From the human T2T-CHM13v2.0 reference genome, Homo sapiens, in the NCBI RefSeq assembly GCF_009914755.1, contig NC_060932.1: a stretch of 64,000 nucleotides of DNA. One strand, written 5' to 3'. Position 1 is the first letter of the stretch, and the number at the start of each line of letters is the position of its first letter. Below are positions 13,081-31,330 of the stretch, piece after piece. A program made the translations under genes and the position numbers. The notes beneath the pieces are model-generated. The model saw only the letters and a program-made list of their open reading frames with translations. It did no database searches and was not told the DNA's origin.

Positions 13081-14978
13081 TATAACCAAAATTGCACTGC
13101 TATAGAATTGCAGAGAATAATGCTGCAACAAGGAGTCTGTCTGCATTGCATTAAAATTGCAGTGAGCATCACTTAGAATTAAGAATTTTTTTTTTAACAT
13201 CAGAAGGTACATGAGTAGAATTTAACTCCGGAGGCAATATAATTGACAGCAGACACACCATCTAATTGTTTGACAGTCAGTACATCTGCTATATTTTCAT
13301 AAAAGTAATGATATGTCTAAGATAGTGTGAAAGAAAATTGAACAAAAATAAAACAATCATGTGGCCTTTCATCCAATGATAAGGATGAGTTTAAAACCTC
13401 AAAAATTCAACATACAATCAAATTATACTTTAAAAAATGTGGCTAAAAGCTATCTGACAGTTTGATTTCTGTTTGGGAATTAGCAATGTGATTCTTAAGT
13501 GTATTGTCCTGTAAGTCTTAGGATGACTAGACTTAGTCTGTAGTTTCAAGACTATATGTCAGAATATATTCTGAGGTATAAAGTTGTTTTAACTGAAAGA
13601 AATCAAAAAACAAAAATAAAAAATACACTACCATTTGATACTATATTAGCAGAGAGACCATTTCACCAGTCCCCAAATATGGGCCTAACGTTTCAAAAAT
13701 AACTTGGGTTTTTTCATTGGGTCCTAAAAAACATTTATGGGTACAGCAACAGTAGCCATTTTTATCTAGAGCTTTACAACGTTCATTTCATTAGCTAAAA
13801 ATGTTGCCACATAAATTATGCTTTCACAGAGTGACTGACAAACATTTCCATCAAAACCTTTCTTTATATTGTTTCACTTGTCAATCAGTGCCTTTCACTT
13901 GTTAGTAAAGCATGTTTTCTAGAAGGGAAGAATGAAAGCAAAACACTCTGTAAGAGAAGGTGGAGAGTGCACAAGTCTTACTGTGGGCCCAGACGGGGAT
14001 CATGGCTTAATTATGTGAAAGCTTAATAACTCTCTGAGACAAAATTGAAAGGGAAAAGGAACTTGGAACAAATTCATTGTGAGGCATAAACACTGAGTAG
14101 ACATCGTTCGCTTAAAAAATACAGTTTCCTTTCACTTTAACAGTGAAAGACTAAATGGATGCTTGATGGGTTTATGAGAGCTGGTATCAGAAACTTGTAT
14201 CAGAAAAGAAGAGCTTTCCCTACATTCAGTTTTAGATGAAGACAACTTTTCCCACTTAACCATTAAGTGGCATCTCTCCCATGCAATCTAACTGAGGAAG
14301 GTGGTGGATGGGTGAGACACTGAGGAGATGTTGACCTTAAAGACCCAGCAAAGCCTGTGGAACCATTTCTAGGCCATTGTAAGCTTTTAAAATTGTGTAC
14401 AAGGGGTTTAACCACAGGAGAGTAATGAATACATATGTTGATTATAATGACTCTGGTGTGGTCCCTGCCATTATATATTGGAAGGCTGTCTCAGAATAAG
14501 AATTCAATTAAGTTTGCAGTTAACTCTGAATATTCATGCCAACAATCAGGATAACACAATTTTGGTAAAATGTCCAAATATTCTCAGAAAACAGTGTTTT
14601 TAAAAATTTAATTTGGTATCCTCGTACTTTTTTTTTTTTAGTTTTAATTCTTGTTGAAAACTGTTCTAGAATGCCTTTGCCTGCTTTTCTGTCCCTGTTA
14701 AATACCTGATTCTCAATAAAATCTTGAAAGGATTTCAAGAGAATAAATTTTCCCCTCAATTATAATTGTGAAGTTTTGTGGTTATGGAATATGGAACAGA
14801 CTAAAGCAATTGTATGCTGCTCTGTGGACATGCCCTTCTTAAATATATTTTCGGTCTTTATGTGGTAAAAACAAAAAGAAAAGAAAAAGAAAATATGAGT
14901 CAGCTAATTGAGAGTATTGTTTGGAGTCGTTAGTAGAGATTTTAATCTGCCAGGGGAATTTTTTAAAATTAGAAGTAA

Positions 14979-15356
<378 letters not shown>

Positions 15357-16789
15357 TAACAACAACAAAGTACGACTGTGGCCTAAGTCTATATACTAAC
15401 AGAACCACTTAAACAATAAATTTCTGTATTGTAAAAGAGTTGACTTGCACTTAGTTATACAGGGATTGCTGGATGAGAAGGTACACTGACTGACATACTC
15501 ATCAAGCAGTGGTTCAATAACCTCCAACAGGGTCAGACTGCCAGACACTAAAAAGGATAAATTATTTTAGGATTTACATAATTACCAGACTGATAAGCCT
15601 CACACATTTTAATGCCACAGGAATAAAAAATAGCAGCATTATTTATTACAAAACCTTAATTGCAACAAAGTAACTGATAGAAACAGCTGCTATGTAAGTA
15701 CTTACCTTTGGACACAAATTTATGCTTTCTATCCTTTTCTTAACCAATGCCCCCAGGCAATCTTAACTTAGGTAAATTTTTTCAATATGATGCCCAGCCT
15801 CCTGAAAAAAATGTTAATTGGCAGAATGGCCATTTAGAATAGAATTATAATCTTACTAACTGCACATTTATAAATTGATATTTGCAACTCTGTTGTCCCC
15901 TAATTTCCTGGTGATAGAAGAATTCAAATACTGATGTCAAATTGAGTAGCTTTTAAAAGAATGTTAAGTATGTGTGCTACGGTGAGGCAAGATATTTCTT
16001 ACAAGTTATGAGAAATGCACTTTGCTTATGGGTAAAACGTGGTTTAATGATATGGAAATAAGCTCAAAGTTCCTCTGTATTGTATTTACTTACAATTTTT
16101 GTGTCTAAGACATATTTAATATCTCAGCATAATTATATGACCACAACATGACAACTCCAATAAATAGGAAAAATCTCATTTACATTGATCAACTGAGGGA
16201 AAAGTGAGAAACTTGCACCATTAAAGTTTAGAGCCTATTATAGGAGAACAAGAAGGAATATCTACCCAGCATTTTTTAAATTTAAAACCCTCTGATCATT
16301 CTTCTGCATCTACATTTACAAAAGCTAATAGAATTTTCCAGGAACAGTTTATTTTTTGAAGACAAAAAACACTCTTGGCAAAGACAGAAGTCAGAATCTT
16401 CTGGAATAGTACATTATATTTTATTTCCCCTTTCATAGGCCAGGGGTATTTTAGTTAAAGACTAAAATCACTTATATTTTGATGTTGTTCTTTTTTAATA
16501 AAAAAAAGGGAGATAGCTTTTATTTGGCTTATGTTCCTGGCCTTCAGCCCCAAACGCTCATTGTCTGCTCACAAGGTATAGCACATAAGCAGGCGCTGTC
16601 CCCATTCTGGGGGTGGGGGTTGAAGGGACTAAAGGGCTGGGTCTAGATGAATAAGGCTCTACGTTTCAGTCTCCCTCGAGGGCAGCCTCCTCTAAGAGGC
16701 TTTCCCGGACAAGCCTATTAAACGTAGATCCATCCTTCCTAACCCAAGCATCTTTTTCACAGCATAACCACAATCTAACATTGTCTAGG

Positions 16790-16952
16790 GTAAGACTCTG
16801 CAAACTCTAACATGTACATGAATCTTTTAGGAATCCTCTTAAAGTGTAATTGTGATTCAGAAGTTCTGAGGAGGGGCCTGAGACTCTGCATTTCTAACAT
16901 TCCAAGGTGGTGTCAATGTGGCTAGTGTGTGAACCCAAGTTTGAGCAGCAGG
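16790..16952. mobile_element. MER5A-like hAT-Charlie fossil within L2 remnants
   Basis: GATTCAGAAGTTCTGAGGAGGGGCCTGAGACTCTGCATTTCTAACA...TTTGAGCAGCA is characteristic of MER5. Confidence 0.75.
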
Positions 16953-17168
16953 GCACGAATTTGCACAAACTAATTGGCTCTCCTGACCAGAATCTAAATT
17001 CTGAGGGCTGGCTTTTTTGCTTGACTTGTTTACTGCTCTGTTGTCAGTGCCCAATTCAGGCACATTGAAGAACCAGGCTCAGAGGAAATTAGGATGTAGG
17101 CACTGAATTGCAGAACCATCAGTTAAAGCTTCTTAATCTCCCAAGAGAGTTTTGTCTTGTTTTGTATT

Positions 17169-17531
17169 TGATATGGTTTAGCTGTGTACCCACCCAAATC
17201 TCATGTTGAATTGTAGCTCCCATAATCCCCACATGTCATGGGAGGGGCCTGGTGGGATATAATTGAATCATGCAGGCAGGTCTTTTCTGTGTTCTTGTGA
17301 TAGTGAATAAGTCTCATGAGGTCTGATGGTTTTATAAAGGGCAGTTCCTCTGCACATGCTCCCTTGACTGCCACCATGTAAGACATGCAATTGCTCCTCC
17401 TTCACTTTCCACCATGATTGTGAGGCCTCCCCTCCCATGTGGAACTGTGAGTTCATTAAACCTCTCTTTTCTTTATAAATTACCCAGTCTCAGGTATGTC
17501 TTTATTAGCAGCATGCAAACAGACTAATAGA
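17169..17531 (+). mobile_element. THE1 solo LTR (THE1C/B-like, ERVL-MaLR)
   Basis: Starts TGATATGGTTTAGCTGTGTACCCACCCAAATCTCAT and ends ...TTATTAGCAGCATGCAAACAGACTAATAGA, about 363 bp. Confidence 0.93.
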
Positions 17532-17809
17532 ATTTTGTTGTAAATTCTTTTGCTAGTCCACATGATAGAGAATCAATAAAAAACAATGATTGGCTTTTCT
17601 GCACGGTGGACTAATGAGAAAGTTATCTCTTTCAAGTCCTGGGCTATTATTAATTAAGAGAGAATAAGAAATAGAGGGACTTCCACCCACCAAACATGGC
17701 AGAGTTTATCAGCAAATGTGGGAATCAAACCATGGCTCTTGGTCTTTAAAAGTTTTCAAAATCTGGGTCAAACTTTCCTAAAGTACTTAAAAAATAGTTA
17801 TTTAAAATT

Positions 17810-22250
<4,441 letters not shown>

Positions 22251-22329
22251 TTGCCCCAGTTTTACTCCCAATAGTCAAGCTGTATGCTAACCAAGAGTCA
22301 GGTATATTAGTTCCCCAAATAATGTTCTT

Positions 22330-22600
22330 GCTCATTGTACTTGTTAATGCAATTATAACGTTTATTCAAATAGTGTATAAACTGATTAAACCTGCATGCA
22401 TACAAACAGAATGGTTTCTTTATAAATTAAGCCTAATGCTTTGGAAAGACTGACTAAAGATATGCTGCATAAAAACTTGCTGCTGAATTACAACATGATG
22501 ATACTTTAAAAGATTATGAAAAATATTCTAAAAATCCATAAAGAATCCTCTTTCACATTGCCTCATAGGAGTCTTTGACTTCTTGCACCCTTTTAAACAC
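22330..22600 (+). mobile_element. TcMar-Tigger fossil fragment (decayed transposase N-terminus)
   Basis: AATGCTTTGGAAAGACT...AAAAACTTGCTGCTGAATTA...AAAAGATTATGAAAAA resembles the Tigger HTH-coding segment (NALERL..G...KKIA.EL). Confidence 0.5.
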
Positions 22601-23166
22601 ATCTAAAGGGAAAATTTTCATAGACAAAGTTTCATATCTGTTGTCCGTACTACAAAGACTACAAGAGCTGGAAACATGGACCCAAACAGTCAGTTGGTGC
22701 CTTGGTACTACTCCAAAAAGACTGGATGTTTATATGCTCAACTGTCTTTTTAACCAAGGAACTACTGCATCCTGATGCTTCTACTACATTCTAAAAATAT
22801 TAATTGTAAGTAGAAAGAAGTTGTCTGTATACTACAATCTCATGTGTGTCAATCAAAGTGCAGCTAAGAATGTTAACGGGATGTTTTTCCCTCCCTAAGG
22901 GCTTATTGTGCTGGCATCTGATGGAATCTTTCAAAAGGAAGGCACTAAACTTATACTAAACATCTTTGGAAGATGGTTAGTAGAATATCTGACTACTTTC
23001 AATCTTTGCTCATGAGGGAGACTCCATTTAGCTGTCCAGTTGCCAGAGATTCCATGAATATTGGATATTTCTCCTCCATAATCTATTTAAGGGCAGAGAC
23101 CAGAGATTTCCTGAGTGACTTGTCATTGTCACTTCTTGAAAGGAATACACATCCTGAATGCCAGGA

Positions 23167-23169
<3 letters not shown>

Positions 23170-23208
<39 letters not shown>
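23170..23208. repeat. T39 homopolymer (A39 in TOX sense)
   Basis: Read directly; no Alu or L1 body is adjacent. Confidence 0.97.
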
Positions 23209-23209
<1 letters not shown>

Positions 23210-24024
23210 GTAAACCATGATAGATGAGGGTCTATTGTTGGCCAAGCATGACAAGGAGCTGGGTCCTATCATTAATCATACTGAAGAAAAAGAAACTTCC
23301 AGAGTATTCCTTTCACCTAGTGAGTCTACTATAAGGGACTTTAATCCATCTGTGCCTGGTATCCTTTCTATCAGGTTTCTAAGTGCTGGAAGTGTGCTAA
23401 CAGGCCCATCCATATTTTTACTCTCTCTGCCCCCTGCCCTTTGGTAGATTTTTTTAAAAAAAACTTTTGGTATTAAAATTTCAGGAGGGAAAGTTTTTTA
23501 GTTTAGTAATACAGGAGTGCCTATTCAGAATGATGGAATTTTTATTTTGTTTTAGGGAAGGAAAGAGTGAGAGATGTTTTGAGTGTGTGTGGGTAGACAG
23601 TGGTAAGAATATATGTGTTCCCAGGGACATTTTGGCTTCCTAAGACTTTGTGAGCGCTAAGGTAACGTTGGCTTCTGGATTCGCCTACTTGAAGCATTTC
23701 AGAGCCAAGATTAGAAAATCAGAGCCAAGGACAAGAATCATGCACTATTTATTCTTGAGAAAGGAAAGTCTACTTGTATTGGAGTCAATTCCAAAAAATC
23801 TCAATAGAGGTTGCAAACAGCAAAATGAAGGCAAAATTTTAATCCACCTTAATTTAAAACACAGATATGAGGTCATGAAAAACTTTTAGGAGTAGAAAAC
23901 AACATTGCAAAGGATGCAAAAACATGTAGGGTGTCTAACACTAAAAGGCGGGGAATTCCCATTATTGCTGACAACTTAGTGGACTATGTCTTTATCTTAT
24001 CCACCATGAAGGCTATATCTAAAC

Positions 24025-24236
24025 CAGGGTGTCCAATCTTTTGGCTTCCCCAGGCCACATTTGGAGAAGAACTGTCTTGGGCCACACATAAAATACAATG
24101 ACACTAATGAGCGCTGATGAGCTAAAATACTGCCAAAAATCTCAAGTTTTAAGAAAGTTCACAAATTTGTGTGGGGCCACATTCAAAGCTGTCCTGGGCC
24201 ACATGTGGCCTGTGGGCCATGGATTGGACAAGCTCG
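24025..24236 (+). mobile_element. MER30 hAT-Charlie MITE with intact 8-bp TSD
   Basis: CAGGGTGTCCAATCTTTTGGCTTCCC...TTGGACAAGCTCG, with a perfect TSD ATCTAAAC at 24017-24024 and 24237-24244. Confidence 0.93.
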
Positions 24237-27200
24237 ATCTAAACACTCAGGAGGAAGATTCCTGCATTTCCCTTGTTCTAGGAGTCAGCAAGGACATAGA
24301 AGACCTCTGAGTACAGCCGACAGTTCACGGAGTCTTTCCTTGGTATGTTTGGACATAAGTACAAGACCTCTCTGGTGGTGACATTTGTCACTGCTTCTGC
24401 TTCACATGTGGGAGGCCAACTAAGGAGATTTTTATTACAGCTTACTTTTATTTTATTTTTTTATAAAAATAAAAGTAGTGGTTTCTAACATGATTGGCAA
24501 GAATTATGAAATTCTGCTGAGTCAAATAACTTATCTTCCTTAGAAACTCTTTTTAAGTCACTCAAAGATCTCGAAGTTAAAGGTATTACATGTATTGTCT
24601 ATTAAGGGAGAAATGTACTAGTATATAGTAATTTAATAGTTAACTTTTTGCATTTTCTCTCTGTCATTAAGTTTTTCAAAGATGATTTTCTGAATTCAGG
24701 GATTTTTTTCAGGGCAGGCTCCATGACATCCTAGACTCAGAAAAGTGACTCCCTCTTAGAATAGAAAAACAATCTAAAAAGAGCATAATAAGTTTAAAAG
24801 GCTATAATTTACAATCTCATGGCTATGCATTAGAATAATTTAAACCAAAGTTCTGGTTCAGTATCTTTGAAATTTTGGTGATATTCCTTGGCAATTGGTT
24901 TTATACGTAGTGGAAGAAAAAGAAGTGAGCAGAGGGTATGGCTCATGTTGGCAAAAGTTCTGGAAAGGTTAGATGAGCTGGATTCAATTCTCTGTTAGCC
25001 ACAACTGGCAATCACAAATAGTCTTTAAGCTTCAGTTTTTGCTCTTTAAAATACGAGGATGTGACCAGATGATTCCTGAGGTCTGACCATTCTGGGACTG
25101 TATCTTCAGGGTATGTGTATTGCATGAATTATGAAAGAAGGAATAAACAGCGTAAGTCAGTATAATCAAGGTTGTAATTGTTGCTTAAGACAGACTGATC
25201 TGGTCCTCAAATCCTAGATTACTTTTCTTTGTATACTTAACTTAGAATATTTAATAAAGTTTCCGAGAATGCCTTACTTTTCTACCAGGTATTAATATTT
25301 GACTAATAAACTAAGTATAGAGATGGATATTTCAGAAATATAAGCATTGCCACAAAATACATGTTAGTGTACAATCTTGTTTTTTTTTTAAGAGAAGATT
25401 CTGACAGATGATGTATTAAGGGGAAGCTATGTATTATCAAATGGAAATACAGATATTTGCTCAGCAATATATGATAGAAACTGTATACACATTTTTTTAT
25501 TACCTTGAATTTTATCATCTGAATTGGGTTAATTCAGGCTGATATTGGGTCCTGGTAGACAGAATAAAATGTGTTGTGATTTGATGTGGGCTAGATGAGC
25601 TCCCCAAACTCCAAATACTTTGGATGGAATGCACTATTTTACGCATTCATTAATTTGAATCAACATATCCCTCTTTTAAAATGCTGGGGTGGGGGGAAAG
25701 GACAACTGTAAATATATAAAGTCAGCCCAAATCCTTCACATCTTGGTTTGAATTACTTTAATCTGATTGTTTTCCTCAGAAAGTTTATGTGATCAGTTTC
25801 ACTGAGCGAATGTGGCTTTGAAGGAGAGTCAAAGAGGACATAGGGAATTGTCCTGCGGAGGCTGAAAAGATACAGATGCCCAGCTACATGTAGCTAGCGG
25901 GTAGCATAAAGGGTCTGGGTGTTCAAGGAGCAAAAAAGGACAACATTTCAAAGGCTAGAATAAAAAACTTCTGTTTGAGAACTTTCATTCCACAGCTATT
26001 CGTGGAGTGCCTATTACATGCCAAGCACTCTGCTGGTGGAAGGAAATAGTTACAATTTTGCCTAGCCAGTTTCATTTTTCTCCTAGAAATGCAAATAAAC
26101 ACGAACAATATACTTTCAGACATTCTGAGAATGTTCTGAATTCCAATTAGTAAAGTCCCTTCAGTATATTATATTTTGAACTTTTAGGAAGAGGCACGTT
26201 AATAATTTAGCTTTGAAGTGAACTAAAGTGAAATGATGTAGAATTAAAAGCATCACAAAGGCTGCTAAAATATTTATGGAGACTGTATTTTGACTAAAGG
26301 ATTGCATTTACAGAATGACTTATGTCCTAGTTCCTGAGATCTCAGTTTACAAAGGGAACCAAAGCTAGAACCAAATTTCACAATTGTGTTTTTCATTACG
26401 AAAAGATTTTCCATGTGTCTTCCTTTTAATTAATTATAACAGTGATGTATCTAGGTGGTCTATTGCAGCATTACGTATGATTTTTAAGTGATTTTCCTAT
26501 AAACATGAAAGTCTTCATTTGGTTTTTACATATTTAAAATAGCTATGGAACAGTGACATGCACTTTACCATAATAAACGCATCAGACAAGAAAATAAAAG
26601 CATAAATGTTGCTAGTTATAGTAGCACCAGAGGGAATGTGTGGTCCCGCACAAAATTGTGCTTCCTCAATTCTGAATTGGCACACTTGACTTAGAATAAA
26701 TGTATTCACTTTCTCGATCTTGTGAAATAGAGACTCAACAAGACTTCTTAATAACCCTCCAACCTTGCCTGCTGTTTGCACACATGGTTAGTGGAATCAC
26801 AGAACTGCACATAATCCAATAAAGCTCACACCACCAAAGATATATGTAATCAGGGATCTGAAAGAACATCCTCTAGGTTATATGCAGTCTCTTTTAACTT
26901 GTACTTCACAAAACAAACAGTCTCTTCAGGCAGAAAGAAAATACAAGTCTGTCATCCAAAGCAAATATGCAGTCGTGCAGTGTACTAACATGTGCAGGCC
27001 TTTCAAACACTTTCTAATCCCAGCAACAACCTCTGTTTCATTGCAGAAGTAGATGAATATTTGGAGAAAGCCTACATATTTAAAAAAAAAGCCTCAGGAA
27101 AACTTTCCAATTGATTTTGCTTACTCTTAATCATTTGTTCTGATTGCTCAGGGTAATGAGGATGACAGAGGTTGCTCTAGGTTACCCTGACTGGGGAGCA

Positions 27201-27954
27201 CAGTGACAGAATCAAACACTGATATGCCAGGTATGGAAAGGTTCCTGGCAACCACGGTGCATACAATCTCTCTCTGAGATTTCAGAATTCTGATCTGATA
27301 CTCATCACTAGCAGTGCCATCAGCTTTTTATCCCTGATGTTTATCCCATCTTGACTCACAATTCTTTTCCCTTTTTTATAGGAGGGTGGAAAGAGGCAAT
27401 GACTCAAAGTTAGGTGGTATTTGGAAAAAAAAAAAAAGAGAGAGAATCTAAAAACTCCTTTGCTCTCCCTAGTTTCAAACCAACATCAAAAGAACAGGGA
27501 GTAGGACAGATGGCCAACTCCAAGCAATGTTCTTTAGGTAATATGCTTCTATAGCATACTTTTTTAAAATTCCAAACAAAATTTTTTGCAGGCCAAAGAA
27601 ACTTTAGAATTTTAGGTCTATCATCTTTCTTCTCAATCATCTTTAAAACTAGTGAGGCTTACTCATTGTTCTTTTTAAATCTGCTTTGAAATAATTCCTC
27701 AATCTTTAGGTGAATGTTGAGATAAACAATGCCATTTGAAAATAGAGAAATAATCAGTCAAGCTCTATTTTACAGTATCAACACTTGAGCAACGTATTGT
27801 TGGTGTAACACACTCAGCTTCATTTGTCTTTGATAAGAATTCTATTTTTCTGGACCTTGTTGGTAATGTTCCCCAGGCTTTTCTGTAGTTTCTAGCTCTC
27901 TTATGGATAAAAAGGAAAGAAACCTTTGTAAAGGCATTTTTTGAGAATATATTA

Positions 27955-28317
<363 letters not shown>

Positions 28318-29509
28318 AAAATTGTGTTTGAATAAGGGCAACAGAAGGAAAATGCATAAAATCTCATTTCCATTAAGACCTACATTCATGTGCAAAGGCC
28401 TCCAATTAGAATCCTATAGAACTGATGATGCTTTGATATTTGGTACAGAAACCATATTAGACTACTGGCATGATAGCTAAGAATTTCTGTGTTTCTATGG
28501 CAATCTATTTTAGATAGTTTTACCATGATGGCTAAAACGGAATGTCAATTAGTGCATATAATTTAGAAATTACACTCAAGTCTTGCAGAATTTTAAGTAA
28601 AAGTCAGATGTTCTCCCAACAGAATAAAAATTAATTTTCTCCAAAGAAGCATTACCACATTTCAAGAAAACCTCCTTAATTCCTACTTAAGGCCCAAAAG
28701 AAATCACCTAATTTGTGACTTGGAGATTGTGAAGTAAAAACATATTTTTAGTTATAGTTATTACGTCAAACAAATATACTTCATTATAAATGAAAAAAAA
28801 TATGCCAAGAGCACTGAGCCATGTAATCTAGCCATCTAATAAATTCTTTACTGTGGCTGACTAGTCCTTTGGGGAATGCCACAGTACGTTCCCTGCAAAA
28901 AATCGAGAGACTGGCTTGTACCAAACAAAGCATTCCTTAAAAACAAATCTAAATGAAACAAAACCAAACCCTGGTTTTGTAGTTGACCAAATTCCAAAAC
29001 AAACAAGGCTCTACTGGATGGATCTATGACAAACCTCAGAATACATATTTTAATCATTTGATCCCCAAGAATTAAAAAAAATATTTTTTATAGTGCCACC
29101 CACATGTAATATGTCCTTGTACTGGTACAACCCATTTTTAATACTTTGCTTTTTCCTCTCTTCCTTGTAAAAAATGGCACTGAATAAAGGATTATTATGT
29201 TTTATTATCTTTACTGTCTTTTTAAAATGGTCATATCTATTTTGAAACATTCAAAAATAAAGACTTCCTAGATCCCATAGGAAATCCACTTCTGAAGAAA
29301 CCTAGAGCAGCTTCCGTAGCTACTAATCTAGAATGAGGGATTATTCCTGGGACAAGGGACAACTGTAAGGGAGATACAAGAAGCCTTGAGGGTGGAGGAA
29401 AGTCAGTAGTGTGCAAGTTGGTCCTATCTGCCTGGATGTCAGTGTTCTGGGATGAGGGGGCAGTAGGCAATGGCATTGCAGAGTGAAGCAATGACTAAAG
29501 GGGAAAAGG

Positions 29510-29660
29510 ATGGCTGGTTATTTAACATCCTTGAGCTTGAGTTCCTAAAATGTAAGATGGGACATCATAAAACCCATCCCTTCAGAGCTGTGAGAGTTAA
29601 ATAATACATGCAAAATATCTGGCGTATATTAAGATCTTAACAAATGGTGAATACTATTAT
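29510..29660 (+). mobile_element. MIR fragment
   Basis: TTATTTAACATCCTTGAGCTTGAGTTCCTAAAATGTAAGATGGG...GTGAGAGTTAAATAA. Confidence 0.65.
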
Positions 29661-30669
29661 TATAGCCATTAGCTGGAAAGAGTTTTAATGAACTTAAGAC
29701 TTTATTTCTACATCTGGAGGGAATAATCATGAGAGACCAGAGTGGCGGGCAGCTGAGTATCCTCTTAGGGGATACTGGATAGTTTATTAAAGAATAGGAA
29801 ATGCAGGCATTCTCTCTCTTTCTGCTAGAATAAGACCCTGAAAGCTAAACATGCTAAAGCAAAATGTGAGAGATAGAGCTCTGCATGGGCCTGAGATGAT
29901 GAAGTTGCTCACAGAAAAATGGTGAGCTGAGAAAGGACTTACGTATACCTAAGATTGTCTTTGAAGCTTATAAATAATGTTTCTGTGCTGTCCAGCTAAG
30001 TTATTTATGGCTTAACATCGCATTACTTGAGAAGAAGCAATTGGATTTATTGGGCTTATTGAAAGGAGGGTTTTAACTTTTTATCAATTTGGTTGCATAT
30101 ATGGAAGTTATCCTTGAATAGCTACATGAAGATGTGAATAATGTACCAGCTAGCCTCTAAAGAAAACACATCACCAATTAATTTACTTATTTAACAAATA
30201 ATGACTGCAGGCCTCCTATATAGGAGGCATTGTCCTGGTATCTGGGGTTGGGGAAGAGGACTCCCACAGGGGCCTCCCCTGTGTGGGAGGAGGTGGGGGG
30301 TGAGCGGGATTGAGCTATAAAGATTCAGAATGTGGATCCACAAACTTTAGGATTTCACTGACCACAAAGTATTTCCAAAGTAATGAAAATGACAAAGATT
30401 TACCAACTTTTAACTTCGTTAAATGAGGACACTGCAAATCTGATTACTATTTCATTATCACCATTTCATAAAAGCAAATACATTTCAACACTCATGAAAT
30501 TAGGAGATTATCTTCGAATAAAGTATTATCCTCTAAAGACAATAAAGTTTGCTTTAAAAAAGAATTTCGTGGATTTTTCTCATTTTTGTGAGGAGCAGCA
30601 AGAACTTTGGGATTAACTAGCCCCCATCCTTGCATGGGCACATGTGAACCATTAAGACGTAGAGAGTAA

Positions 30670-30970
30670 GGCCAGGTGCTGTGGCTCATGCTTGTAATCC
30701 CAGCACTTCGTGAGGCTGAGGTGGGTGGATCATCTGAGGTCAGGAGTTCAAAGCCAGCCTGGGCAACATAGCAAAACTCCATCTCTACTAAAAATACCAA
30801 GTTAGTGGGGTGTGGTGGCACGTGCCTGTAGTCCCAGCTACTCAGGAGGCTGAGGCACGAGAATCGCTGGAACTTGGGAGGCGGAGGTTGCAGTGAGCCG
30901 AGATCACACCACTGCACTCCAGTTTGGGAGACAGAGTGAGATTCCATCTCAAAAAAAAAAAAAAAAAAAA
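30670..30970 (+). mobile_element. AluS, full length
   Basis: GGCCAGGTGCTGTGGCTCATG...CTC followed by an A20 tail. Confidence 0.95.
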
Positions 30971-31079
30971 GGCTTAGAGGCTAAGAGCTTAAAGTCTAGT
31001 TTAGGAAAGGTGACATGCACACCAAGCCGCAGTATCAGGAGTATACTAAGGGTATTGTCATTATCATGAAATGTGATTA

Positions 31080-31330
31080 CACATCATCTCAAACTACCCT
31101 GTAAGATGGATAGGGAAGGCATAATATTCACTTTTTCTCAGAGGAGGAAACCAGTCCTCAAAAAGGTGCAGTAACTTGCTGCATGTAATTAGCCTTTGCG
31201 GTAACTTTACTACTGCAGTTGCCTTTGCAGTAACTTGCCTCATGTCAGTAACTTCCCTCATGTAAGTAACTTGTTCATGTAATTGTGCAATTGTGACTAA
31301 AACTAAGCTCTCCCACTTCAGTAGCCATTT
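31080..31330 (-). mobile_element. MIR with internal tandem amplification of its core
   Basis: CAAACTACCCTGTAAGATGG...CAGAGGAGGAAACCAG...AAAGGTGCAGTAACTTGC, with five GTAACTT copies. Confidence 0.65.

Noticed and set aside
17426-17438. THE1 position of the PRDM9 hotspot 13-mer
   Set aside because: It reads CCTCCCCTCCCAT, which fails CCNCCNTNNCCNC at two key positions.
30492-30947. Longest ORF in the track (151 aa, [13 protein letters not shown]...)
   Set aside because: It is a typical antisense-Alu translation. The same applies to the ORFs at 7124, 27952, 44150, 45738, 56594 and 60991.
31165-31285. Possible CRISPR-like repeat-spacer array
   Set aside because: The context is eukaryotic, the units are short and degenerate with no unique spacers, and MIR core duplication explains it.
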